Shown in pieces: positions 45,301-59,770 of a stretch of 64,000 nt of DNA (the stretch's first letter is position 1; each line of letters starts with the position of its first letter). Both the position numbers and the translations under genes were made by a program. Under the pieces are notes generated by a model that saw only the letters and a program-made list of their open reading frames with translations, ran no database searches and was not told the origin of the DNA. This DNA comes from Amphiscolops sp. MND2022 (taxonomy: Eukaryota), in the NCBI GenBank assembly GCA_964187785.1, contig OZ076413.1, positions 47,246,001 to 47,310,000 on the forward strand. Reading direction: 5' to 3'.

Positions 45301-47789
45301 AACCTTCGTTCCATAGCATTTTGGTTTGAAATAACGTGGGAAACAGACACTGCTCGGGTCATTATAACGTTAATCTTTCACTACTAGTTGCTGGCTAATT
45401 CATGATCCGTAATCGTGTAAGCAAGCCTTAATTCCCATTCGTTTTGAGTACTTTAACTTAACCTTCACTTCATTGACTAATGTAAACCAACTTTGCTATG
45501 TACTTAAATAACGAATCAATTAATTTTTCAAATCATTCCTCGTCTTTTATGCTCCAAAGTTACCGGACACACACCCCTTAATACAGGTGGGTACAAACAG
45601 ACTCCAATTAGGCCATTTAGGACTTTTCAACAGTTGAAATGAAATCCAAACGACACTATAAAAATGAATGCTTCAAATTTCAAAACTCTGAGTTGTTATT
45701 TCAAACATTCGAAATTTTTCGACAACAAAATTACTTCAGTTTTTTTATTATAATTAATTATAATTTAAACCTATTATAATTAAAATAGCAGTCTTTCGAA
45801 ATCTGTTGGACTGAAAAATCCAGCTTTTGAAATTTTATTATCCATGGACAAGCACTATTGAAAAAAGTTTGCAGTTTTTGTGAAAATTGTTTTAGTTTGT
45901 TTACACCAGAAAAGTTTAAAAACTCGCGCTACGGCAAAGTTTGCGTCATAATACTTTTTGCTAATTTCCGTTCATATTTAAATGAGAAAGAAAGTATTTG
46001 AATCAAAGGGGTTTTTTACAGAGATTGTCATGTTACAAATTTAAATCCAAGTTAAAGGTTTTCACCCATAGAATTCAAGTGACGTAAAATCAGTATCTTG
46101 CGATTAGGAACTTTTGGACTTTTTCATTTTACCCCAAAGACCCAGCATAACCCAAAATTCCCCGAAATTGACAGAAACTGCAAAGAATTCAATTTTATAC
46201 GACTTTGCAATTTTTCTTTCAAGTTTGCGATAGACTTGGTCGTTCCGAATGTTGAAAACATTCAACATGAAAATCTTCGTTGGAAGAGGCTTTTTTGGAG
46301 AAATAAATGCAATTTTTCAAAAAAATGCCTCAAATTGAACCAAAACTGACAAAGATTCCATAAAGTCTGTTTTTAAAAGTTTTTATGCAATTTTCTATAC
46401 GCGACTTGAATGTGGGCCAAACACTAGTCAAATTGATAAAAAACAACCAAAAGGGTGGTTTTGACCATTTCTTATGAAATTGCTGCTTCAGACTGTTGAA
46501 AACGTTCAATGAAAATTCGTTGTCTAAGACGCTAAATCCAAAACTTTTTCGAAAAATGAGTTTGTTCGAAGATTCGTAAAAATCGTTGGGTATGAGAGTG
46601 AAAACCTTCAAGAGCAAACAAACGCAATATAAAATAGGCTTTTCGAAAATCAGTTGCAGTTCCATGTTGGCAAAGAGCCTCAAATTGACCCCTAATATTT
46701 CAAAAAAATTAAAATGTTCACTGTTTTTGATTTTTTTAACGCAATGTTTTGTTTTCGAAATTTCGAAAGATTTCGTAAGTTAGAACTTTTGAAAGTTCCT
46801 TCAACATTTAAGTTCATTGTCTTGAAGGCTTTTCAAAAAATTAAATACAAGTTCTTTTTTTGAAATATGCCTCAAATGCAACCCAAAAAATCGGAAACCG
46901 AAATCTTCCCAGTTTGTCGTTTTTCATGCAATTTGTTTACAGCATAATTTGTTTCCAGCAGCAATAGGTTTTTGTGGCTAAGAAGGTTCAAAACACTCAA
47001 AAACGAACAAACTAGATGAACAGTATGCTTTCTCGAAGAGACAGTTGCAGTGTTTTGCTTCAAAATCTCTTCAAAATAACCCCGATGAGACTGATTTAAA
47101 AATCCAAAATTATTGTTTCTTTGCAAAGTTTCGAGAAGTGTCCATCGTTGAAAGAATGAAAAGGTTCAACAGCGAACAAATGCGTTATTAATTGAGCGTT
47201 TTGGAGGTCAATTGCAGTTTCACGTTAAAAAATTGCCCCAAAATGTGCCCAAAATGGTTGAAAAAATATCAAATGTAGATGGTTTTTTGAATATTTAATG
47301 AAATTCGAATGAAATGGGCCAAAATTTGGTAATTGAGATGTTTTAGAATACTCTAAACTTTTTGAATAAGCGTCTAAACGGTTAGTCGAAAAATCCAAAG
47401 TTTTCTTCTTCTTGAAACGTTTAACGTTTATATATTTTTTTTGCAAACCTTTCGAGCAATTTTGTAAATCAACAATGACTAAGCCCTGTACACAATAGAT
47501 GTCTGCAGTTTTTTATAGAAAAGTGTCTCAAATGACCGCAGTTGTCGAAATATCAAAATAATCCAGTTTTTGACGTTTTCAGTGAATTTTCGTGCAAAAT
47601 TATAAAAATGGGTCGGTTACGTTCTGGTATCCACACAGGTCGACAACAAAACAACTACGTGTTTAGTGTATTCTTGAAGTGTTTCCTTCTGGAATTGGAT
47701 GACATTAATAAAAAATACTGTTGTTATAGTAAAAAAGCTATAAAAAAGCTATGCTGTTGTTCAGTAAAACTATTGTTATACGATAATTC

Positions 47790-48040
47790 AGTGAATTCCA
47801 CTAAAACACTGCAGTGGAGTCCACTGCAGCCAATAGTGGATTTCACTGCGGCCATCGGTGGAGTCCATTGCAGCGTTCAGTGGAATCCACGGCAGTGTTT
47901 AGTGAAATCCACTGCAAGATCCGAATGTTTAAGGTATTTGATAGTGGAATCCAATGCTTTGCAGCGAAATTCACTGCACAAAAATCGCCAAAAAAGTGGA
48001 ATCGACTGCAACGTAACAGCATTTGTTAGTGGATTACGCT
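47790..48040. repeat. cluster of short self-complementary repeats (MITE subterminal-like)
   Basis: Recurring AGTGGAATCCACTGCA / CACTGCAGTG units in both orientations. Confidence 0.65.
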
Positions 48041-49584
48041 GCACGCTTTCCAAAACAGAGTTCAACCACAATCAAATTGCTACCTAGTTTACTCCGATGT
48101 AAAAAATATGACGTTTTGTGATTCGAAAGTATAAACAAGTCGGAGAAAAGTTGTCAGACATCTTAATGTTGGACTGTTCTGTTTTACTGTCAAGTTTGTC
48201 CGAGATTATGATGTTTTTGGTATGAGTTTTCGGAATGTTCAACAACAGTTTACATCGCTAATTTATCATTTCTTATATCTCAAATTCTGGCGCGTTTTTT
48301 CCTCATAAGAAGAAGGTAAAACGAAAACGTTCGAATCAATAATTTTCTCAAGCCGTTTGCGCAATCTCGTAGGTATTGGGTGCGCTCAGGAACCAAAATT
48401 AGGTCGTTGCCAAAAGCTTTTTGGGGCGAAAAATATCCAGCCGCTCAGTGGGTTCCTTATTTGGAAATCAGTCGAACTAACTGACTTTAGGAACATTTTA
48501 TATTTTCAGTCAAAGATTCGGTTTGTTTTCGAAAAGATCCTAAAGGGCTCACTTTGACTATATTACTGTTTTGAAAGTTTTCAAAACTGAAGTCTTCTAT
48601 TGTCTCTTCTGTCGTGCTACATTTTCCAAAATGATTTTTTCCACCGGATAAACTTCTGCTCGCTTCCGGTTTCTACATAATTCTAGTCAGGAGAAGCGTT
48701 TGTTTTTCGAGTCTAAAGGGCATCTTTCGGAAATGTGAGACTTATGAATTCTTCTTTAAATAGTTGTCCCTGAGCGTTTTAGAAGACTTCGCTTTTTTCG
48801 AGCCCTAAGAGGGGCGCCTTCTTGGGCCGTTCCCTGTTGGTTTTCCTTACCATTTAATCATTTTTCTCAGGTTGACCTGTAAGAACATATTTGACGTTAT
48901 AATGTTCAAGGCGTGGCGCTGTTGCCTGACTATGTTGTCCCATTAGCTTTGTCAGAGTCTGAAAAAAGGGCTTTTTGCCTTTTGTGGGAGCCTCTGATGT
49001 AAGTTCGATGTTATTTCCTTTAATTTTGTTTGCGAAATTCAGCGTTTTGCTAATTGGGCATTTATTTCCATGGTTCTAGTCAAGACAGCTTCAATGCACA
49101 ATAAAAGCTAAAATAAACGTCTTGTATTGTACATGACACATGTCAATAATTCAACCTCGTTTAGACACAGTTGGTTTGCTTGTATTATTTCACATCATGT
49201 ACTGCAATATTTTCAGGGATAATTTTTCCTTCCAGTTGTTATTTCATAAACTGAATTTCTAATGATAGACTGCAAATATTTTGAATCATTTTGAAGTTGC
49301 AGCATCACTTAATTCAGAAAAATGTCATTTAATCTGCAACAATCAAGTCTGAAATTGTATTATGACATCCCTTACGCGGGAGATCTTCGGAGTTTTTGTT
49401 CAGCAGTTCATATAGAGAACCAATTCCGGTATGTTTGACTTCAAAAAATGAATTAAGTAAAGTTTTCTTCTAAAAAGTTCTATTAGTTTACTGCTTTAAA
49501 GTTGCTTCACTACATGGTTTTTCAGTAAATCAGTAAAAGCGAATTCGAGATTTCTCCGTGATTAATTAGTACTCGTTAGTGTAA

Positions 49585-49934
49585 CGCGACTATACTAATG
49601 ACTCTTTTCTTTTCAATCCACACGAACTGACCAAAATAGTCCTACAAAGTTCTACGAAACTTTAAGGTGCCAAATTGCACAAGGAGCTAAAATATAAAAT
49701 TGTTCCTTTTTTCTGCGTAACATACAATACCGGGTAAGACTAAAGGGTCCCCCTTAATTTTTTTGATGTTTTGCGACAGAACGGATGAAAAATCCGAAAG
49801 GGTCCTCCGGCGCGCCAATTCGGTCCAATTTTGAGTTTTCGGATACTGTAAAAGAGAATGCTTGCCACTTTGAATTCTTTTGCTATTTTTCAGCCTTATA
49901 AATGGCGCCGACTTATGCCATTCCCGACTTGTTT
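49585..49934 (+). mobile_element. HINE/DINE-1-like element
   Basis: Reverse complement of 36307-36757; ends GGCGCCGACTTATGCCATTCCCGACTTGTT. Confidence 0.6.
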
Positions 49935-51527
49935 TTTATTCATTATGATAAAAGAAAGACTATGTATAATATTAACCTAGTGAAAATTTGCGCAAATTTT
50001 TGAAAGGTTTTTTCTACGACTTTCGATTTTTTGATGTATTCGGCTCTAAGAGTCTTGAGGGTGACCTTTCTGGTTCATTTTTGGTCCTTTGTGTCTGATC
50101 AGCGTTTTCTCAATAATTGGAAAAGACAAGGTTTTTTTTCGGCTCAGTGCAATTTTTCGAGATATAATTTCATTTTCTCAGAGGGTACCATCTTCACTTC
50201 TTGAAAATTTTTTGACTTTTAAAAAGCATTTTGCGAACTGAGAGGATCTCTTTCTGGGTTTTTAGGAACTCTTCCAGAAGGAAAAAAAATTCCGACGTAT
50301 TTTTTAAATTGTTGTTTGTTATTTCGGTCATTTCCGTCGCTGTAACTTCGATAAATTGTTCACAATACCGCTCGCATATTCGAAAGAATTTACTCTTTTT
50401 CAAGATTGAGCGGGGCGCGGACGTGAGCAGTTCCGGGTTGGTTAATTTCGTAGTGTTTTTTTTACTTTCATTGTTGATTAATTTTGTTAGATTAATTTAT
50501 TAAAAACTATTTAAAAATTTTAAGAAGTGAAAATAATACTAACGAACTAAATATATATTTTAAGAGGATGAAAACTAAATTGAAATTCTCTAACAACAAG
50601 CAGTGATAGGTCGCTTAGTATACTACAAGAGGTGGAGGAACCTGCAGCCATGGGGATATTATTCGGGGAATGGCGGCCATCCAAACAGATTAATTTTACC
50701 TCCTCATGGCCACGCCCAGTGGGAAGAGGTCCCGCCTCTAAAAGAAGACCAGACCTCGGACCAGTCCCAATCTTTGACTGCTATAAATATCTGCTCCGCA
50801 CAAAACCAAAAACGATTGGAGGATTGTTATCTGGGCTTGCAAAACGCTTTCTTTTTGCCGAAAAAACCGCCGTTTCGTAATTTTACAAATGTTCAAAATT
50901 TCAAAGGGAAACCATTGAGGCCAACAAAACGTCGTTTCCTCCGCAGACCTCGTCCTTTGGTGAAATGTGAAATGTCTCCGGGAAAACGTATCCCAGTGTT
51001 AAGAAAACCTGAAGTGTCGAACTTTAACCCCATCAAACTTTGCAGACTTTAAAAATTTTTTGATCCTGCGCGTGATCCGTACCGACGACCTCCTGTTTGC
51101 GAAGTACGCATTATCTTCATTAGACCGATTTTTACTCGAAAGTCCGTTCAAAAAGCAGACAATTCAGTGTGATGTCTGTAGTCTGACAATTAACCGCGAG
51201 CAGTAAAAGTCGGGTATTTTATGTTACAGAAAGCGTTACAGAAATGTTACACTAAAAATAAAATCGGAATTAGTCTGCTCATTTTTTTAACAACCGAATA
51301 AGAAGCGTGAACAATATGTATAAGCTGATTCTTAACATATCCTGCTTTCATTTTTGTTTTGAATAGTTTTTCAATGAAGCAGCTACACAGGCCGTTCTTC
51401 AATTGTTTTTCGAGAAAGGTGTTAATACTTTTATTGGTTCTCGGAGTTTTTACAGCATCATTATTATTAAAAAATGTTTTAGGGTACCAATAACTACGTC
51501 CATCTATCCTGTTGAAAACTTTGGCCC

Positions 51528-53783
51528 ATGCTGAAATTAGCAGAGAAGGCAAATTATACGATGCGATCAAAAACGAGAGTGCTAATATTTTTGTGTCTGC
51601 TGCTGGGAGGTTTCGTTTTCTTCTTCAACTTGCCTGATGACTCCCCAGGATGCCCGCGTTCTGCTCAAAAAGGCCTACCTGACCAAGGTTGGTGCTGTTC
51701 AATAATACCAAAATAGAAAAATTGATTAATCTTGCAATTAAAATGAGACATTTCTGTGCAAAGTTTCAACGCTAGCCCCGAAATACGCACGTTATCATAT
51801 CAAGTGTACTTGGAACTTTCTTCTTATCTCCTCAGGTTGTGCTTTTTCTGGCAATAAAGGACATGTTGAGTGTTTTTTGATATGACGTACATTACAATTC
51901 TTGAAAGTAAGAGCGTACTGACACTCCAGGGTAATCAACCGATAGCCACAGTCGCCACTGGAGAGTAACCTTTAGCCTAAAATGAAAACTTCTCTTAGTG
52001 GGGAAAAAACTTAGAGGCTCCAGATTTTTTTCCAGTAAATCATTTTTTCGTTGAAATCCGCGAAGTTCAAGTTTGGCACCGTCTTTCCTGAAATAACGAT
52101 GTAGACAGTTTTACAGAGCAAACAAAGCTTGTTCAATTCAACACAACGTGGGAGTCCATACAATTTCATGAATGGAATCCCATCAATGGAATCCGACAGT
52201 GAATCCTTGTCAATCATATGCATGAATTTGCGTGGTAGTTAAGAGTTCAAAACAAATAATTGCTATGGTCTCAAAAAGAGAGAGGTTTAGATTCGACCCT
52301 GCATTGATGTTTACCTGCAACATCATTTGATTTTCCAGTAGGTTTTCTAAGTTAGCGTCTCGCGACAGGGCAAAAATCATTGTATAATCACAACACTTCC
52401 GCCAATTTTGATGTTGACTCAATCGATACCAACAAATGATGTCAAACAAGACACCCGCTAAGCACCGGGATATTTTCCGCTAAAAATGCAATGCATCAGC
52501 CCGGGTTCAATCCCACGACCTTGTGTCTGCCAGGCAGACGCACTACCAACTGCGCCATGGTGACCAGGATATCCAACTTAATATTTACTGAATGGAGTAA
52601 TTAAGTGGAGACTTGGCATAATTTGGAAAAAAGGCAACACAGATTTTGATTTTCCTCCCCCATTAAATGTGGGCGTAAAATAATTAGAGCCCTAAGTGCC
52701 CCGGAATACTATCGAAGTAAAATTTTGAAAAGGGTAAATTGCTTCAGATTGGGCTGTAACAGTCTATAATGATTATATTACTGTTGGTTTTCAAAAATAG
52801 CTCAACTTAAATCGGTCAAATTAAAATTTTCGACACTATGTTTTATTTTTGACTACGTTACCCTAACTTTTATGTATACAGTTTGATACGCATAGGACCA
52901 TATATTTTCATGTACGGAAAGCGTGGAAACCTTGGTTCCGTGTTTGCAATCTCATGAAAATGCGTTGTTCAAATGAGTTGATGTATGAAATGGCATGGAA
53001 GCCTCTTGAATTCGAATCCGTGGTCGCCAAAAACAAAAAAAACACAAGCGCAAAAATCCAAGCCTAAAATATTGGATTGTCAATTATTGGGATGCAGTTT
53101 CGATTTCAAGTTTTTATATTTTTAAATAAAAACAAGTCCTTTTTCTTTGGTGGTAGATCCGTGAGGATGTGGTGGGAAACTCGATGACAAGGTTCTAGAT
53201 TGCTCTCAGTTTCATTACGCACAGTTTTTGTTTTCAGTAGTCCTGAAAAACTTTTTTTCAGTTTTCTCTAAAGTCATGATTTATAACTGATACCCGTTCT
53301 TGATTAAGTAGTAGATAGAAGCAACAACGATCGGCATCCCCCCGCCCGAATCTTGCAAACTCAAAGGTAGTGTTGCGAAAATAGTGTAACATATTGTTGG
53401 ATCTAGCAAAAATGCTGCTACACAGTGCATTATTTAGCATACAATTTTGCAAAGTTTTGTAAGTTTTGTATTTCCATAGCACCGATGTTTCCAAAGATTT
53501 CTTAATGTGAAATCAATCTAGAGCTTTTTGTTCAGAAACCACTAAAAAATCTGCTCCGGAGTCATCAATAGACAGTCCATCAGAATCAGAAGAAGAAGAA
53601 AATTCCATGCCATTCTTGCCGAGGGGAAAACACAGGCTGCCAGGAAGTGGAGACGTAGTAGACAAAAATGTGCCCATAGTCTTCATTGGAGGGGTTCCAA
53701 GGAGTGGCACTACCATCATGCGGGTGATTGCGGATGCACATCCTAATGTATATTGCGGGGAGGAAACGAGAGTTGTTCCTGCG
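51528..53783 (+). CDS. TPST: protein-tyrosine sulfotransferase, first two coding exons (51528-51687, 53536-53783); remainder not in window
   Basis: Type II TM anchor [18 protein letters not shown]. Phase-1 GT..AG join. Signature [34 protein letters not shown], followed by a GTGAG donor. Confidence 0.9.
51905..52565 (-). mobile_element. tRNA-derived SINE-like element in TPST intron 1 (3' boundary approximate)
   Basis: Minus-strand head GGTCACCATGGCGCAGTTGGTAG...GGGATTGAACCC has Pol III A-box and degenerate B-box but no closing acceptor stem. Confidence 0.55.
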
Positions 53784-55289
53784 GTGAGCTACTTTTTCTC
53801 AATTCGTTTCTCCTCATGAGATGAACCCAAGTCCAGAGTGGCATTTGCTTCGTTCAAGATAACATGTCTTGAGAATCCTAATCTCTTAGTTTCTACTTGT
53901 GATTTTTATTTATGAGTACTTCCGAAACGTTAGTTTTAATTTATGCATGCGAAGTCTTTCAGGTGACGCTTCATCGAAAAAAGAGTTATAAGATAGTTCC
54001 CCGACGGCGAGCACCAAAATTTTTGTCCTCGAAAGCTGATTGATGTCAAACTTCACATTTTGGAATGGATATAAAATCCTAACTCACATGCATGTGAGCT
54101 AACATACTCTAGAACCCAAATTCGAGTTACATTGGGGGTCAATTTTTTTGGTCAAGAAGTCAGTATCTAGAGAGTCAGCGCCACAGTGAAATTTCACTAC
54201 AGAAAAATTCCCGTGAAAGTTTTATAAAATCATGATTAATTTCCTTGGAAACATAAAAAACTTGTGAAAGTACAAGCAATTTTAATTAGGGTTGTCGGCA
54301 CTGAGACTTTTTTTCGAATATTTTTTGATTGCACCGAAGGGTCCCCCTTCAAATGTTTTGATAGTTTGCAACAGAAAGGATGTTAAAAAAAGGATCCCAA
54401 AGGATCCCCCTTTAACATTTTCCTCACTATGACACTGGTCAAAACTCTCATTTTCTGTTTTCCCCCCTCGAAATTTTTTCAGTGTCTCCAAAGGGTCCCC
54501 CTTCAATTTTTTCTGAAATTATGCAGCAGCAAGGATGTTAAAAACTCGCAAATGGCTCCCCTTTTACATTTTTTGGCACTATGCGACTGTTCAAAATTCT
54601 CATTTTTGTCTGATATCAAGTTTCCTCTATAAATATCCACCGTAAATATTTTTCAATACAGTAGTATACGAATTCCCGATTCGGGCCAGTCAAATATATA
54701 TTTTTTTAAAAAATGTTATATAATTTTTATTCAAATCAACGTTTTTTTCACAACTAACTGTTAAAAAATAACCAAGGCAAACCATCTAAAAATCAGCCTT
54801 TTTTCGCAACTGAAAAATTAACAAAATAAAAATCAATGAACAAATTTTTCCAGTGGAAAACTTTATCATAAAAGAAAAATTCACTAACCTCTATTTTACT
54901 GTAGATGGTAATAGAGAAAATTTGTATCGAGAGATTCCTTGTAGCAAAAATTTTTGGAATGAAAGTAGCATTCAAGTGGAAACATGGTATTGAAATAACA
55001 TCAAGTGGAACGTCACTTGTTGAATTTTCCGAGACAAATTAATTTTCCGAGACAAATGAAAAAACCGATATAAAAATCTGAAACTTGAAAAAACCGATAC
55101 AAATATCTCGGAAAAATTTTTAAATCTATATATAGAAATTTTTTATTCCTAATCTTAATACATGGGAAAAGTTAAATTGTTCAATATCTTAACGGAAAAT
55201 CATTTTTGAGAAAAACATCAGAAATAAAACTTGTAGAAAATCAAAAGTTACACACAAATTTGTTACTGAGGGTTTTTTGTAGAATCAAC

Positions 55290-55912
55290 CCACTAATTAC
55301 CAGGTGTCAAAACAGGTGTGAAAAATTGGTTTTTCTCAGTTTTCTCGAAAACGGTTGGAGTAAAACTAGTAACAGTTGTAAATTAGGTCCACTCTCATAT
55401 ATGATCTTTCTTATGGTATGCTCAGCTTGTATGTGACCCGAACAGGTGTTGAGATCAGGGTTGACATTGAAACTTGCAAGATCAAAGGAACTGGCTCAAC
55501 CGTTAGTTTTAGCTTGATGACTCATAGGACCAAAAATGTAGGGCGTCCGAAAATAAGTCTCCCCACCAAATTTCAGCTCGTTACTGAAAACTCACTGATT
55601 ACCACCTGCCCCAACAGGTGTGAAAATTGGGTTTTTTTCATTTTCCTCGAAACTGAGTCATCCTACAATGCCGACGCAGACAATCAAAGTTACAGACAAT
55701 AACAAGAAAAACTTTTTTCAGTGGGAAAGTTTTCTGCATCTTGGACCCACTGATTACCAGGTGATGAAACAGGTGTGAAAATTGGGTTTTTCTCATTTTA
55801 CTCGAGACTGGTTGGTCCTACCGTGAAAAGTCAGTAACTAAAATTGGAGACATCCAAAATATGAACAACTTTTGTTACTAACAAATTTTTTCATCTTGAA
55901 CCCACAGGTGAG
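55290..55912 (+). repeat. three and a partial imperfect direct repeats upstream of pPolB
   Basis: CACT(G/A)ATTACCA...AACAGGTGTGAAAATTGG.TTTT.TCA.TTT.CTCGA at ~55290, ~55593 and ~55748, partial at ~55900. Confidence 0.8.
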
Positions 55913-55987
55913 AAAAATAAAAAAAATCCATTTTTTTTAAAAAAGACATATTGAAAAATTTTAATTAAACTATTTTTTCTTTAATAA

Positions 55988-58900
55988 ATGGAAATGGAAA
56001 ATTGTAGAATTTGTAATTCAAATTATAAAAAATGTTTTAAATCTGATCATTATAAATCAGTAAAACATCTTGAAAAATTAAATCAATATTATTGTAAAAA
56101 ATGTAATTCATATATGCCCTTATCAGAAAAAAGTTCTCATCTAAATTCAGATAAACATAAAAATAAAACCGAACAACGACGTGTTTGGTGTGAAGATTGT
56201 AATAGATATATATCTGATAAAACAAGACATTTCCAAAGTGAAATTCATTTACAAAACCGTCGAAACCGTCAACAAAACAATATACAAAACACCTTCGGTA
56301 ATGGAGTAGAAATAATTATGATTGAAAATACATACATTAAATTGAAAGTAAATCCTACTGAAAATCTTGAACATAACATAAATAAAGTATTAAATAAAAA
56401 TTATTTTCCTCGATATAAGTATCAATTGAGTTATTTAGCTAAATTTATAAAAACAGTTACATTCGGTAATGGAGAAGAAGAAGTTGTATTTAAAAGATGG
56501 AGAAAATCAGATCTAATGTATAACAATATACAACCAGATACTCATAACACATTAATACAGAAACTAGATGATGAACAATTAGAAGGATCAGGTTTTGTGT
56601 TTCAAGAAATAGAAGAAGTTATTTTAGAAATATATAAAGTTAATGATATCCAAGCTAGTTCATGGGTTGAGTTACCAGGAAAACATAAGGATAGTAAATC
56701 AATTATAAATATAAAGAATAATGATCAATATTGTTTTTTATGGTGCGTTTTAGCCCAGTTGTATCCAGTTGAGATTCATAAAGATAGAATATCAAAATAT
56801 ACTATTCATTTAAATAAACTCAACCTGAAAGGATTAGAGTTCCCTATGAAAGTTAAAGATATTCCCAAGTTCGAAAACCTAAATAATTTAAACATAAATG
56901 TATTTGAACTCACTGGAAATGTTTTAACACCAGTCCACGTTAACAAAAATTACTTACAACCACAAATAGATTTGTTCTTGTATGAGAATCACTATTGTCT
57001 AATAACAAGGTTGCATTGTCTAATAAATAAAGATTCACACATGCGATGGGTGTGTAGAAGATGTTTAACAGCATTTAGTTCACAACCAGTTCTACTTGAT
57101 CATATGGAAAGATGTATAAAACAACAACCAACTAAAATCAGTTTCAGTTATAAAGATCATCTAAAATTTGAAGACCACCACATGAAAATACCTTTACCTA
57201 TTAGAGTATATGCAGATTTTGAATGTATTAATCAACCTCGAAACATCCCTAATGTATTATTTAAACAAATTCCAATTGCAGTAGGATTTTATGTAATTAC
57301 CATTTGGAAACAAGTACAGCTCATACTTTGGAACAGATTGTACCAAGTGGTTTGTAAAGGAAATGTTAAAATTAGAACTAGAAGCAAATAAATATTTTAA
57401 AACAAACTTAGAATTACAAATAACTCCTGAAGAAGAAGAATCATTTCAACAATCCACCATATGCTGGCTCTGTGAAAATTCACTCGATAATACCGAAGGC
57501 GTTTTGTGTACTAAGGTTAGAGATCATGATCATCTAACAGGAAAATACAGAGGAGCAGCTCATAATATATGTAACATAAATTGTAAACAAAGGTCATCAA
57601 GTTTTGTTCCTTTATTTTTCCATAACTTTTCTGGGTATGATTGTCATCTTATATTTGAAGAACTTTTAACCGAAGCATACCATCAAAATTATAATCCAAC
57701 GATAATTCCAAAATCACTGGAAAATTATGTTAGTATACAAGTAGGTTGTTTGAGATTCTTAGATTCATACCGATTTCTTTCTTCCAGTTTAGATAAATTA
57801 GTTAAGAGTTTAGACAATTTTCCTATCATGAAATTGGAAGGAATGAGTGATGATTTATTCAAAAAGAAATTAGCTTATCCATATGAATACTTAAATCTTG
57901 ATAACTTTAAGGAACCAATAAATTTAACCGAAGAAGATTATTGGTCAACATTAACACAATCTTATCCATCAGATGATGATATAAAAAGAACTCAAGAATT
58001 AATTGATAAGAATAAAATTAAAAACGGAAGAGAATTAACTATGTTATATTTAAAAATGGATGTTCTTCAATTAGCTGATGTATTCGAAAACTTTGTGGAA
58101 AGTTCTACACGAGAATATAAAATTAATCCTTTATACTCCTATTCGCTACCTGGTTATACATGGAAAGCAGGTTTAAAGTTAACTAATATTAAATTAGATT
58201 ATATTAAATGTAAAGAATTATTATTACTTTTAGAAAACAATATACGTGGAGGAATTTCAAGTGTTATGGGAGATCGTCACGTGCAATCTGATGAAAATAA
58301 ACAAATCTTATATATCGATGCAAATAATCTATATGGATGGGCAATGAGTCAATATCTTCCTACTGGCGAATTCGAATTATTACCTCTTAATCCGTGTAAT
58401 TACACAGATAATTACAATCTAGAGCAATTAGTAGAAGATTTATTACAAATACCTGATGATAATGAATATGGATTCTTTATAGAATGTGATTTAGAATATC
58501 CAGCTGAAATTAAAGAAAAAACAAAGAACTTTCCTTTTTGTCCGTATCAAACAAAAGCAGATCCAAACTTATTCTCAGGTTATATGAATAATATAAATCA
58601 ACCTAATTACAAACCAACATCAAAACATATGTGTGATGTAACCAAAAAATCGAAATATATGATACATAATAGGATGTTTAAGATTTATCTTAATCAAGGG
58701 ATGAAAGTAACGAAGAAACATACTATCTATAAGTTTAAACAAAGTCCATGGTTAGGTAAATATATCGATCATAATATTCAGAAACGCACAGTAGCGAAAA
58801 CAAACTTTGAAAATTATCTTTATAAATTATTGAACAATGCTTTCTTTGGGAAGACTATGGAAAATGTAAGAGATAGAACCAATCTAGAATTCATTGACCA

Positions 58901-59770
58901 TTCTCAAATAGATCAAATAATATTAAGACAATCCAAGTTAAGTTTCAAAGGAATCATGGATCATTATTCTAAGTTTAGTGTGTACAAGTTTGATAAAGAT
59001 AAAACAGTCTTTGATAAACCAATTTATTTGGGGTTCTCTGTGTTAGAATTAAGTAACCTATTAATGTATGAATTTTATTATCATACTTTAGAACCATATT
59101 GGCAAAATAAAGTAAAACTACACTACATGGAAACTGATTCTTTCATACTTAGTTTTAATGCTAACCACCAAGAACTAATATACTTTTTACAAGAAAACAA
59201 AGATGAATTTGATTTCAGTGAATTAGATAAATCTAATGAATTATATGATCCTATTAACAAGAAAGTTATAGGAAAAATGAAAATTGAAACAAGTCCAGTT
59301 TTGGTGTTAGATACCTTCACAGCATTGCGATCAAAGTCATATTCTTTTAGTTACAATAATATTCAAAAAGCGAAACAAAAAGGAATACAAAATGCTCCCA
59401 AATGTGAAGAATATCAGAATTCATTGTTTAATTCAGAAACATCAAGTTCTACAAATATATCAATTAGATCTAATTTACCAACCTTACAGTTGAAAAACAA
59501 CCTAAGTTGTGTTTGAATCCTTTTGATGATAAACGTTTATATATAAATCCAATACAAAGGTTACCATGGGATAAACACACACAAAAAGGTGATTGTCCTT
59601 GTATATATTGTTTGAAATTAATTGGTTTGTATTATAAAGATTTAACTAAAAATGATGACGGTAGCAAGAAAACAGATGAAGAAATTGATTTCAATGTTTG
59701 GAATTGGAAACAAGCACTCACCCATCAACAACTTGTGAAGTTGATAAGTGATCGAGCACATGTTTTATAA
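55988..59770 (+). pseudogene. polB: protein-primed family B DNA polymerase, split by frameshifts at ~57300 and ~59479
   Basis: Exo motifs VYADFE, HNFSGYD and YLKMDV. Pol motifs YIDANNLYG, KLLNNAFFGK and YMETDS; C-terminal NPFDDKR. Embedded CWLC..VRDHDHLTGKYRGAAHNICN. Confidence 0.93.

Noticed and set aside
43000..51100. short ORFs including 47542-48087 and 50603-51052
   Set aside because: They overlap repeats or AT-rich sequence and show no domain or splice support.
52490..52565. functional tRNA gene (also tRNA-like pieces at ~26370-26455 and ~51060-51130)
   Set aside because: Degenerate B-box, no acceptor stem, and embedded in repeats; treated as SINE or repeat heads.
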